This document shows positions 53,200 through 64,000 of a stretch of 64,000 nt of DNA, piece by piece. The notes under the pieces are model-generated. The model saw only the letters and a list, made by a program, of their open reading frames with translations. It was not told where the DNA came from and searched no databases. The stretch is from positions 13,826,001 to 13,890,000 of the forward strand of contig OZ024741.1 of the NCBI GenBank assembly GCA_964016885.1, given 5' to 3'. The first letter of the stretch is position 1, and every line of letters begins with the position of its first letter. Position numbers and translations under genes: made by a program. Source of the DNA: Eledone cirrhosa. Lineage: Eukaryota.

Positions 53200-55712
53200 T
53201 TTTTATTGCAGGGGACTTCAATCACCCTGAGATTGACTGGGAAACCTTTCGTTGGCCGCCAAGTGCAAATGACTTCCTTGAGCTAGTGCTAGACTCAAAT
53301 TGGTCCCATGTAGTCACCTCCCCAACAAGAGGTGACAACACTTTTGACCTACTCTTCACCACTACTCCTGAAATGGTTATTAGTGTTACTACCGAGGAAC
53401 CTTTAGGTGACTCTGATCATGCTATGATCGTTGCCAATCTGTCCCTCATGGGTAGTAACAAGAATCACAACCATCTCCAAACTGCTCACTTTGACTGGAA
53501 TAAAGCAGACTGGAACTGTTACTGCACCGAGCTGCTACGTCCAAACTGGCTTGAATTCTATGACTCTGGAGATGTCAACACTGTACTCCAGAACATCCTG
53601 AGCTCAATATGGACAGCATGTGCAGCATCGGTGCCACGTAAGCGGAAAAAACATCCCAAAAGTGCAATTTGGGAGACTGCAACAATCCGTCTTGCCAGAA
53701 AAGAACGTCGCAATGCTGAACGTGAGTACAAACTGCACAAATCAGACATCAATAGGAAGAGGCGAAATAAATCGTCCAACCACCTTAAACAGGTGACATA
53801 AAAGGCAGTGCTTCAATTTGAGCAGCGCATAGCAACCAGCCCTGACAGTAAGGTGTTCTGGAAGTATGTTCACTCAAAGCAGAGGCCTCACTCTCCAGTT
53901 GGTCCTCTTCACAATCCACACACAAACCAGGTTACTGACGACCCCAAGGAATGCGCAGAGCTCATTGCTGAATGCTATGCAGGCATTTTCACTATTGAAG
54001 ACCAGAGTGTACCGTCTCCACCACCTATGACACCGGACTCTATTACAACCATGGAATTTACACCTGCAATGCTGCGACGTCACCTAAAAAGTAAACACAA
54101 CCATGCCTCTCCTGGTCTTGATGGTGTTACGTACCTGCTTCTTAAACGTGGTGGGTACTTCCTTCGCACCAGCTATCACGGTTCTTCCAATTCTGTCTGA
54201 ACAACAGTGCTACTCCAGAACAGTGGAAAACTGCCAGTGTCATTCCGCTGTTCAAAAAGGGTGACCGCACATCACCTGTGAACTATCGTCCAGTTAGTCT
54301 TACTAGTTGCATTGCCAAACTGATGGAATCCTGTGTCAGAGAAACACTTTGGAACTTCTGGAACTCTCAGTCTTATCCGGCCCTCGCAATTTGGATTTAT
54401 CCCCAACTCCAGCTGCTGTGATCAACTTATTGAGTTTCTTGAAGACATCACCCGGATCACTGATGGCGGCTCATGGGTGGATGTTGTTTACCTTGACTTT
54501 GCGAAAGCTTTCAATTCTGTGCCACACAAAAGGCTTATGGCAAAACTCTCTGCAATGGGTGTGAAGGATGATCTTTTTAACTGGTTGAAATCCTTCATTC
54601 TCAGTCGAAGAGAGGTAGTCACTGTTCTAGGACAGCATTCATCACCATATGAGATGTCATCTGGTGTACCACAGGGATCTGTTCTTGGCCCCCTTTTGTT
54701 TGTGGTATATATTAATGACATAGATGCCAACTTAAAGAATGCCACAGTACTAAAGTACGCAGATGACATCAAGCTGTACCTTGAGATAAAAAGGACAGAT
54801 CCTGAACACTTTAGATCTTGCTTGCACTCTGACCTGGACACAATGCAACAATGGCTAGCTGTGGACAAGTGCACCACCATGCAATTTGGGAGTAAAAACC
54901 CAGCATCCACATACTCCCTCCACAGCACTAATATCAAGAAGTCTTCTTGTGAACGTGACCTGGGCATTACGGTCAGCAGCGATTTACGTTGGACGAAGCA
55001 CGTCTCTAAAATTGTCAATAGGGCCGAGCGTGTCTTAGCATCACTCAGAAAGACCTTTGTCAGCCGCTCTCCAGCTATCTATTTAAGGCTGTACATGGCT
55101 ATGGTGCGGCCACACTTAGAATTTGCATCACCAGTCTGGAACCCCTATCTTGCTCAGAACATTGACCGCCTGGAAACTGTTCAGAGACCTGCAACCAAGC
55201 TAATACCCTCCATCAGGCATCTACCATACTCTGAACGCCTTGCTTCCCTGGGCATGGATACATTGAAACTCCGACGCCTGGCAACTGACTTGGTAAACAC
55301 CCACAAGATTATTAACCATCTTGCCAACAACAACCCTGAGTACCTTTTTGATTTCCATATGTCTAACACACGTGGGCATGCCCACAAAGTCAGAAAACAG
55401 CACAGTTCCCATGACTTTCGGAAACATTTTTTCACGCTCAGAGTTGCTGAAGCATGGAACAAACTACCTGCATCGGTTGTTAGCTGTCGAGACACTGCAG
55501 CCTTTAAAACCTCCATGCTTCCTGAGATTCGCCAACACTACACCTAATGTTCCCTCTCCATACACATACACACATGTATATCATGACTCATACACTATTC
55601 ACTTCCCTGACATTTGTGTATTATTCTATGTACTATATGTACACCTTTGACGAGTTGTAGTGCACCTGAGCACTTTACACAATAATTTTATTATTATTAT
55701 TATTATTATTAT
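53200..55712 (+). mobile_element. 5'-truncated CR1-clade LINE with disrupted EN-RT ORF
   Basis: APE motifs IAGDFNHPEIDW, PTRGDNTFDL and SDH. RT motifs NYRPVSLTS, YLDFAKAFNSVPH, GVPQGSVLGP, YADD, VRPHLEFASPVWNPY and TRGH. Stop at 53801, frameshifts near 54170 and 54360, (ATT)n tail. Confidence 0.93.
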
Positions 55713-55849
55713 AAGTACACAGGTCCTTAGCCTGCCTGGGAGATCAGTGCTGGCTCTTCTGTACAGACTTGGTCTATATAAACCTGTCTAACCCTTGCTA
55801 GCAGGGAAAGTGGACGTTAAAACGACAATGATAATTAAAGTTATATATA

Positions 55850-55927
<78 letters not shown>

Positions 55928-55934
55928 TATATAT

Positions 55935-56400
55935 ATATATGAAGGATGACAGCTGCATAAAAAGGTGCAGAGCACTAGAAGTCGATGGAAGCCGGGGATT
56001 GGGGAGACCCAAGAAGACCTGGAATGAGGTGATAAAAGCCGACCTTACCCAATTGCACCTCTCAAGGGCGATGACACATGATTTTGTGACCTCTAGAGTC
56101 ACGCTGTAACACAGAAAACCCGACTTCTCACGGGTACAAGCCGAAGTTGAAGAATATAGACAATATGCTCCCACACCCTCCCACTGCAAAGTGGTCGTGG
56201 AGGTGCCACGAAAAAAAGCTCCCAGCACTCACTGTAAATGAGGTTGGTGTTAGAAAGGGCATCCAGCTGTAGAAATCAAGCCAGAATCAGTTCCCGTATG
56301 AGCAAGACAAGGTCAGCCGACCGGACACTGCCCACAACAGGGCAACCCGTCTAACCCATGCTAGCGTGGAAGAACGGACGTAAAACGGTGATGATGATGA
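55935..56400 (+). mobile_element. RTE 3' end (subfamily A)
   Basis: [17 protein letters not shown] and [15 protein letters not shown]; (GAT)n tail; 5' end at (TA)n. Confidence 0.85.
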
Positions 56401-56486
56401 TATATATATAATAATAACTGTGTTGCTATTATTGAGTATAAACTTTAGCAGAGGGTTTAAAGCTCGATGGAGTTCACGTAGAGCTG

Positions 56487-56827
56487 ATATATAAAGATTA
56501 AGAAGCACCAAACGGTCAATATGGTATCAAACTAACATGTTTCAATTGGTAGAACTTCATCTCAAAATCAGGAATTTTCAAAATTCTTTAAGAACATTTT
56601 TTTCAAAAAAATTATTATCTAACTTCCCTTTGTTTTTATACTGTGACCATCGGGAATGGGGTCAACATGGCAGTATAAAAACAGGGAATGTTAGATAATA
56701 ATTTAAAAAAAAAAATTTTTTAGAATTCCTGATTTTGAAACTTCACATCCTCGGGGTAAAACTCTATTGGCTGAAACATGTTAGTTTAAAAGTGTATTGA
56801 ATCTTTGGTGCTTTTTAATCTTTATAT
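56487..56827. repeat. Old foldback with eroded hammerhead 3' half (GAAACATGTT)
   Basis: atataaagattaagaagcaccaaa...aaactaacatgtttca...tcaaaatcaggaatt pairs with aattcctgattttga...tgaaacatgttagttt...tttggtgctttttaatctttatat. Confidence 0.7.
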
Positions 56828-56924
56828 ATATATATATGTGTGTGTGTGTGACAGCTCACACCTATGCAGGTTTAGCTGGCCTCCTCCAAGGTATATCTAG
56901 TTGGAGGTGTCTTGGGTAATTTAA

Positions 56925-57495
56925 TGATAGGGACCCCAGTCCCTATCATCTCATTTCTACAGCTGAGTAAACTCGAGCAATGTGAAATAAAGTGTCTTGC
57001 TCAAGGTAACAACACATCACCCGGTCCGAGAATTGAACTCACAACCTTTTGATTGCAAGCCCAATGCTCTAACCGCTAAGCCATATATATAATTGTTTCT
57101 ACTTTTGGCACAAGGCCTGCAATTATCCCAGTGCATGACTGGTACTTTATTTTATTGACCCCGTAAGGATGAAAGGCAAAGTTAAACCTTGACGGGATTT
57201 GAACTCAGACTATAAAGGGACGTAACTATGCTGGAAAGCATGGCGTCCGACCCTCTACCAATACTACCAATCCACTGCCCTTTATATAATATATTATATA
57301 TATATATATAATTGTTTCTACTTTTGGCACAAGGCCAGCAATTACCCAGTGCATTACTGGTACTTTATTTTATCGATCCCGTAAGGATGAAAGGCAAAGT
57401 TAACCTCCACGGAATGTGAACTCAGACCGTAAAGGGACATAACTATGCTGGAAAGTATGGCGTCCGACCCTCTACCGATACTGCCAATCCACAAT
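56925..57495 (-). mobile_element. SINE cluster: CORE-type head (56925-57085) plus two Meta-like SINEs (57090-57280, 57310-57495)
   Basis: Reverse complements of 41640-41810 and 42392-42580. Confidence 0.85.
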
Positions 57496-58116
57496 GGACT
57501 TTAAACGGTGATGATGATGATATATATGTGTGTGTGTATATATATATAAAGTTAATAAAATGAAGGATACTGGTCAACCTGAGGTGACAGTAGAAATACT
57601 TGACCAACATACCACTGCACAGTGGGATCAAACTCAAAACTCTGTGGTTACAAGGAGCACATTTCTAAACCACATTGACCATGTCCACCATACCCTCACA
57701 CATAGACGTGTGTGTGTATATGTGTTTTCCTCCTTATTCTCCTCATCACCCACCCTAGATTAACCCCATGCCTATTATTTCTCCAGGAATGGCCAAAGCA
57801 TATATTTTTATCCAAAATATATCATGCTGCTTATCTGATTTTCTTTCAATAACAGAAAAAAATTACTTTGTGTATATAGATATGCACATATATATACATA
57901 TATAATGTAATATATAAAATATACATATATAATGTAATATATTTTATATACATTATATAATTGTTATATATATATATATTATATTTAATATGATATATAG
58001 AATAATATTATATGGTGTATATATGTGCATATATAATGTAATATAATTTCATATATATTATATAATTATTTATATATATATATATAGATATATATTTACG
58101 TATGTGTGTGTGTATA

Positions 58117-58173
<57 letters not shown>

Positions 58174-58230
58174 ATCATCATCATCGTTTAATGTCCATCT
58201 TCCACGCTAGCATGGGTTAGACTAGTGTGT

Positions 58231-58266
<36 letters not shown>

Positions 58267-58283
58267 ATATATATATCTATACA

Positions 58284-58314
<31 letters not shown>

Positions 58315-58487
58315 CTATATATGTGTGTGTATGTATGTACATATATAATATATATTTATATATATTATATATGTATATTATCTAATTATACATGCTTATG
58401 TGTGTGTGTCACTTATGTATATTGGTGAATAAATATTTGACCATAATTATTGATATGACATTTGCCACCCACACAAGGATAAATAAA

Positions 58488-58592
58488 TATTTAGGTGTGT
58501 ATATAGAAGTTAAGGCTTCAAACACTCCTTGCTTTATATATTTAGGTGTGTATATAGATGTTAAGGCTTCAAACACTCCTTGCTTTATATAT
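58488..58592. repeat. 51-bp tandem duplication
   Basis: atatttaggtgtgtatataga(a/t)gttaaggcttcaaacactccttgctttat present twice. Confidence 0.85.
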
Positions 58593-58758
58593 CCATAAAC
58601 AATCTGTTTAGACACATTCATGTAGGTGCCAAGATCACTGTATATTACTATATAATTGTTTTATCTGTGTGGGTGCCTGCTGGTCTCTTGGTATTGCTGA
58701 TTGTTTGTATGTCTGTCTACTAGAAAAGTAGGTAGGTAGATAGGTAGGTAGACAGATA

Positions 58759-59396
58759 AATTTCTTTATTAACCACAAGGGCACAAAAGAAGGGGACAAA
58801 TACAAATGGGGAGTTTGCATACAGGTATATGAAAATAAAACTATTAATAAAATAACAAATAACGATTGAAATCCCCAATAGGGGGGAGGCGTTACACAGG
58901 GGCTGTACACACCCCGAAAAAATGTACAACCCTCATCTCCAGGAGCACCAAGAGTGAGTACTCCCTTCTTCTCCTCAACCTACAGGCTTATATAGAGAGA
59001 AGGCCCAACCACTCGGGCCATCTTTGCCACATTCACCCACCTTTTATAAAATTTGCTGGGGTACAGCACCTCTCTCCCCCTCCTGATTCTTCTTCCAAAA
59101 TGATATTTGAAAAAACGAATCAGTTGCTCGCCGGAGAGAAAGGTGTCTGACCTCAGCCCTTTTAACCTCGTCCACCATATAACCTCTTTCTCCATAGCCA
59201 TAACACATAGGAAAACTGCCTCTCCTTCATTTTTGAAGGAGGGTAGCGGTTTGATCATGACAATGGACTCGGTGGTCAACTGGATTGGTCCCACCCACGA
59301 CAATAGTCGTTCTACATAGCCCCACAGGTCGGTAACGCCCGGGTAGTGTATGAATGCGTGCGCGATGGTTTCTTCATCTCGCACGCATCTCGGACA
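58759..59396 (-). mobile_element. 5'-truncated Tx1/L1-type element (copy C: ORF2 C-terminus plus 3' UTR)
   Basis: CPRC...ETIAHAFIH zinc-knuckle region and KEVIWWTRLKG; flanked by (GATA/GGTA)n. Confidence 0.85.
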
Positions 59397-59412
59397 GATA
59401 GATAGATAGATA

Positions 59413-59632
59413 AATTTCTTTATTAGCCACAAGGGCACAAAAGAAGGGGACAAATACAAATAGGGAGTTTACATACAGGTATATGAAAATAAAACTATTA
59501 ATAAAATAACAAATAACAATTGAAATCCCCAATAGGGGGAGGGGTTACACGGGTTGTACACACCCCGAAAAAATGTACAATCCTCACCTCCAGGAGCACC
59601 AAGAGTGAGTACTCCCTTCCTCTTTTTCCTCA
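59413..59632 (-). mobile_element. 5'-truncated Tx1/L1-type element (copy B: 3' UTR only)
   Basis: Nearly identical to 58759-58975; (GATA)4 on both sides. Confidence 0.85.
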
Positions 59633-59885
59633 GATAGATAGATAGATATATTTCTTTATTAGCCACAAGGGCGCACAAGAAAAGGGGGACAATACAAAGA
59701 CATGCCGGGGATTTTACATACAGTCGTGTAAAAAATATAAAAACAAACAATTACAACAATCGAAATCCCCAATAGGGGGGAGACGCCACAAATGGGTTGT
59801 TTAATACCCCGTCGATAGAACAACCCTCAACTTCAGGAGCGTGTTGTGCAAGAGCTCCTTTCTTCCTTTTGCTCTCTTCTTCGAC

Positions 59886-62800
59886 CTACAGGCTTATAAA
59901 CAGAGAAGGCCCAATCACTCGGGCCATTTTCGCTTCATTCACCCACCTTTCAGTAAATTTACTGGGGTGCAGTGCCTCTCTCTCCACCCTGATTCTCCTT
60001 CTAAAGTGATACTTAAAGAAGGGAATGAGTTGTTGTCCGGAGAGAAAGGCATCTGTCCTCAGTCCTCTCAACCTCGTCCACCATATAACTTCTTTCACCA
60101 TAGCCACCGTACAGAGGAAAACCGCCTCTCTTTCGTTTTTGAAAGAGGCTGGCAGTTTGATCCTTACTATGCACTCGGCAGTCAACTGGATTTGTCCCAT
60201 ACGCGACAGCAGTTGTTCTGCATAGCTCTACAGGTCGGTTACGCCCGGGCAGTGTACAATTGCGTGCAGGACTGTTTCAATGTCCTGCGCGCATCTTGGA
60301 CACGTTCTCCTGTAGATCTTGTCACGAACCGGTAGAGCTCCTCGGTAGCACTGCCAGGCCAGGGACCTCTGGAAGTTGTCCATAGTCCCGGGCGGAAAGT
60401 CCTACCAAACAGACAGGTGAGCTCATCGTCTTCAACGCCCAGAGTCTCTCCGAGCACGTCGTCGCCCTTGTAACGTACAATCCCTCTATAGAATGTCGAA
60501 GTGGAGTCTCCACTGATTGCTGCGCCCGCTTGCTAGAGGACTGTGAGCACCTGAGCGCATTCAATCTGCCAGGCGCCCATCGTTTTTGGTCTTTTCTTGA
60601 CCCTGGACTGCAGCTCCGTCAGCGAGACAAGCTGTGGGAAAGCCTGTCTCACAAACGGTACCCACACCGGTTGGGGGTCGGTGAGGAATACCTGGAGATG
60701 CCGCAGCCTCAGCGCATGTTTGCGCATCATCAGCCCGCCGTTGGAAGGGTGCTGACAGCAGACAGATCTCCTCACCAGCGGAGCCTGCTTCTTCCACAGA
60801 AACTAGAAAAGCATGCGTTCCATCTTGGCGAGGTGTTCACGGGGACAAGGCACGACGGTCAAGCGGTAGTAGATGACGGACACTATGAAAGTGTTCGCCA
60901 CCTCCGCTCGACCTCTCAAGGACAGTTTGCACTCTACCCACTTCTGGGTGAGTGCAAACACCTTGGCCGTGACCTCGTTCCAGTTTTTCTCCACCTGGAG
61001 GTCTTGACCGAACCAGACCGCGAGCAATTTCACCGGTCCGTCCGTCCAGCGTCCAACGACGCTGTCGGACGTCATCAGTTTGCCTCTCCACGTACCGAGT
61101 TGCAAACCGACAGACTTGTCCGGGTTTAGTTTTGCTCCCGTCAGCGTTTCGTATTATTTCAGTAAGTTGCCGATTACCCCGATTTCCGAGGTGCTCGAGA
61201 CCATTACCGTCACGTTTTTTTAGAGGGATGCCCTGCAACAGCTCCAATTTCCACAGTAGTGGCTCTAGAGTCAATACATACAGAATGGAGGAGAGAGGGC
61301 ATCCCTGTCGAATGGAACGCGTGATTGTGAACGGCTCCGATAGGTAGCCGTTCACCTTGACCCTCGAGCAGATGCTGGTGTGCATCGCCTCGATCCATCC
61401 TCTGAACACGGGACCGAAACCGGCCGCCTTGAGAACCGCTTCCAAGTATCGATGGTTGACCCTATCGAATGCCTTAGACTGATCCAAGTTGATCAGAGGC
61501 TCACCGAAGCCGGGTTTATTACCCACCCTCTCTATGATGTATCGCATGAGGTGGAGGTTGTCGTGTCGGGATTGCACACGTTTGTGCTTTCCCTACCAAG
61601 TTTTCGACAACAAGCGCCAGCCTCGTTGCTAGCACCTTGGCCCAAATCTTTAACTCTGTGTTGAGCAGAGTTATTGGCCTGAAGTTGTTAATTTCGTCCC
61701 CCTTGTTCTCGTCTTTCCTGATCAGCATTACTACGCCCTTGCCTGCAGAACTGGGAATTCTCCCGTTCTGCTGCCAATTGCAGTAGACGGCTTCGAGGAC
61801 GCCAGAGAATAAGTCCGGCATGTCTATGTAAAACTCGTAGGGTAGACCGGGCGACTTGCGTTTCCCTCAGCGGCCCAGAGCATCCCGTATCTCAGTGGCT
61901 GTGATCGGTCTTTCGCTGAACTCGGCGTCCATGCTCGAGAGACGTGGCAGGTCGTCGAGGTATGAACCAAAGTCCATTTCCCCGTTCGGTGCACCGTCGT
62001 TCTGCTCAAACAGTCGCGCAAAGTGCTGCTGAAAGGCCGCGCACATTTGCTTGGGGTCAAGTAGCACACGTCCGTTTTGGTCTTTCAAAGACCGAATCGT
62101 GGACTTGTTGTCACTTTTTGCCTCCGCCACACGGCCTAGCTGACAGCTTTCGCTCCTTCATTTCCTAGAGCACGTGTTTTGCTTCTGACCACGCAGCATT
62201 CGTGTTTCGCATCGAAGAACTGGTCCAGTGCTGTTCTTGACGCTAACACTCTAGCTGCATTGCCACTTCTAAGTGCCTCCTCTAGCTTGGCTACTAGTTC
62301 TCTTTGTATTCTGTTTTTCTCTAAGGCTAACTCTCTGCTATACCCTATCGATTCTATTCTAATTGCTTTCTTGAGAGAGTACCACCATCTATTGTTGACA
62401 ATGGCTCCCGTTAACTGTTGCTTGACTAGTCTACTTATCCGTTCACTGTAAGCTTTACGTGCCGGCAACGACACGTTTAGCTTCCAGTATCCGGGTCCCT
62501 GTCTATGTGTTCTATCACGGTTGACTAAGCAGACGACTAACTTGTGATCTGAATAGGCAACCATGTGCATTCGTCGACAGCTTAACATCTCCTTGTCCCT
62601 TTCTCTAATGAAGAACCTATCTAAATACGATCTAGATGTCCCACTGCGGTTTGCCCACGTCCACTGTGGTGCAGTCGGGAAATCCAGTCGATACCTATCG
62701 GCCAGTTGGAATTGGCCGATTAAAGTTTTGAGGCTTTTGCACCCCGCTCTACTGGGACATGCTCCCACATAGTCCCATCGTGCATCTAGGATACCATTCC

Positions 62801-63230
62801 AGTCCCCCACTAAAAGTAAGGAGAGAGACGTTCCCAGAAAAGACTCTAGACGCTTAAAGAAGTCTGGCCGTGATTGCGATTGCCCGGTCGGGGCATAAAC
62901 GGCCACCAGTCTGAAGGCTCCACCTCCGATACTGTTCACGTCTAGGACTACCAGTCTACCCTCCGGATCCAAGTGTACTTGCTGTACTCCGACGTCCAGG
63001 TTCTTCCGAAACATGACAGCCACTCCACCTCCACCTCCTGGCTGACAGAGAGATGCATAGATCTCAAAGTCGTCGAAGATGGGGGTTAGTTGCTGCCTGT
63101 TGTGGATCCTGGACTCGGTGATGGCTATCACATCCATACCGTGTGACCTAACGTCGTTTAAAAGTTGGCCCTGTTTCCAGGGCATCCCTAGGCCACGCAC
63201 ATTCACGCTTCCAACTCGTAAACTAGCCAT
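59886..63230 (-). pseudogene. Tx1/L1 ORF2 (endonuclease-reverse transcriptase), multiply frameshifted
   Basis: SVNVRGL, AITES, VAVYAP, VGDWN, YLDR, YSDH, PGYWKLN, NFRPITLLN, LDQSKAFDRV and IRQGCPLS. The YADD segment is missing near 61220. Confidence 0.9.
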
Positions 63231-63273
63231 GTTGGTGAAGAGAAAAGTTGGAGAAAAAGGACGAAAGGTGCAC

Positions 63274-64000
63274 TTACCTTTTCGTTTCCTGGAGATCGGG
63301 TTGTTCAATCTCCATTTGGGTGCTGGATGGGGTGTTGGGTGGGGTGGGGAAACATTTTAACAGGACGCGGTTGATGGGTTTGTGGCAGAGGTTGCCCACG
63401 TCCTGTGAAAATTTATTTTTTAGGTCACTATAGGTCTCCATAGAAACCCTTATAAGTTTAAGGTGTGGAGACGATTCTGCCTTGATGAAAGTTTTGCCCT
63501 CCGTCTCCACCTTGGGGTTTTGGGAGATGACCTCCATCAAACTCTTGTTGTTTGTGTTGATGTATGTGTATTGTTGTTTGTGTTTTTGTTGTGTTGTTTT
63601 AGTTTGTTGTTCGTCCGGGAGTTTTCTTTTTATGGTGGGTGCTTGTGTTTGGTGTGGTGTTGGTGTTGGTTTTGCTGATAGGGGGATGTTTGACTGTGGT
63701 GTTGTTTGTGTTGTTGTTTGTGTCTGTGGCTGTGTGTTGGTGTTGGTGATTGGAGTTTTGGGGGTTTTGTGGTGTCTCTTTTTGTTTTTTAGATTTCCGC
63801 GGTGTTCCCTCTTCTTCACTTAAAGAAGGAGAAGCAGCTTCATCCATCAATGAATAATTATCGTCAGGTGTGTGGGGTATGTTGAGTGGTGATGGTGTTT
63901 CGGTGTGTGTGTTCGTGGTAGTGTTTGATGGAGTGGGATTGAGTGGGGCTGTGTTCTTCAGGGGTGTTGTCTCTGTTTTTTTCTGTTGTTGGTTGAGTGT
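63274..64000 (-). pseudogene. C-terminal part of Tx1/L1 ORF1 (T/Q/K-rich)
   Basis: Low-complexity ORF 63274..63819 ends ~45 bp upstream of the ORF2 ATG. Confidence 0.5.

Larger units (their letters stand above)
59649..64000 (-). mobile_element. Tx1/L1-clade LINE (copy A), extending beyond the window
   Basis: ORF1 tail, then ORF2 with APE and RT domains; 3' UTR ends AATAAAGAAATA(TATC)n. Confidence 0.92.

Noticed and set aside
53212-53300. ttttattgcag|GGGACTTCAAT as a host exon (GDFN motif also occurs in 5-phosphatases)
   Set aside because: It continues directly into CR1 endonuclease motifs (PTRGDN, DL, SDH), so it belongs to the LINE.
59797-63823. Plus-strand ORFs such as 60530..61129 and 59841..60335
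   Set aside because: These are antisense shadows of the Tx1/L1 ORFs.

Overview
This is AT-rich, microsatellite-laden eukaryotic (animal) DNA. The SINE and RTE families suggest an octopod cephalopod, which is an inference. Almost all ORFs in the supplied track are microsatellite artefacts. The only host-gene signal I found is two small + strand exons (3384-3447 and 10688-10719). They splice in frame to ALGNLYFVHVEVDVAEIWDFEASKFLTVEGRE, which resembles type I inositol-1,4,5-trisphosphate 5-phosphatase (INPP5A), so the rest of the window is probably intron. The intron contains: a piggyBac element with TTAA duplication and TIRs inserted exactly into a Chapaev-like transposase; a non-autonomous Helitron; a ~15.7 kb 37-bp satellite with higher-order structure; 42-bp and 41-bp minisatellites; a CR1-type LINE; a stack of three Tx1/L1-type insertions separated by (GATA)n; and many RTE fragments and SINEs. 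The most striking unexplained structure is a set of short foldback (inverted-repeat) inserts in (TA)n tracts. Several carry minimal type I hammerhead ribozyme folds, most with a palindromic stem III, plus a shared GAGTRCTC motif. They are probably non-autonomous derivatives of Penelope-like element termini.
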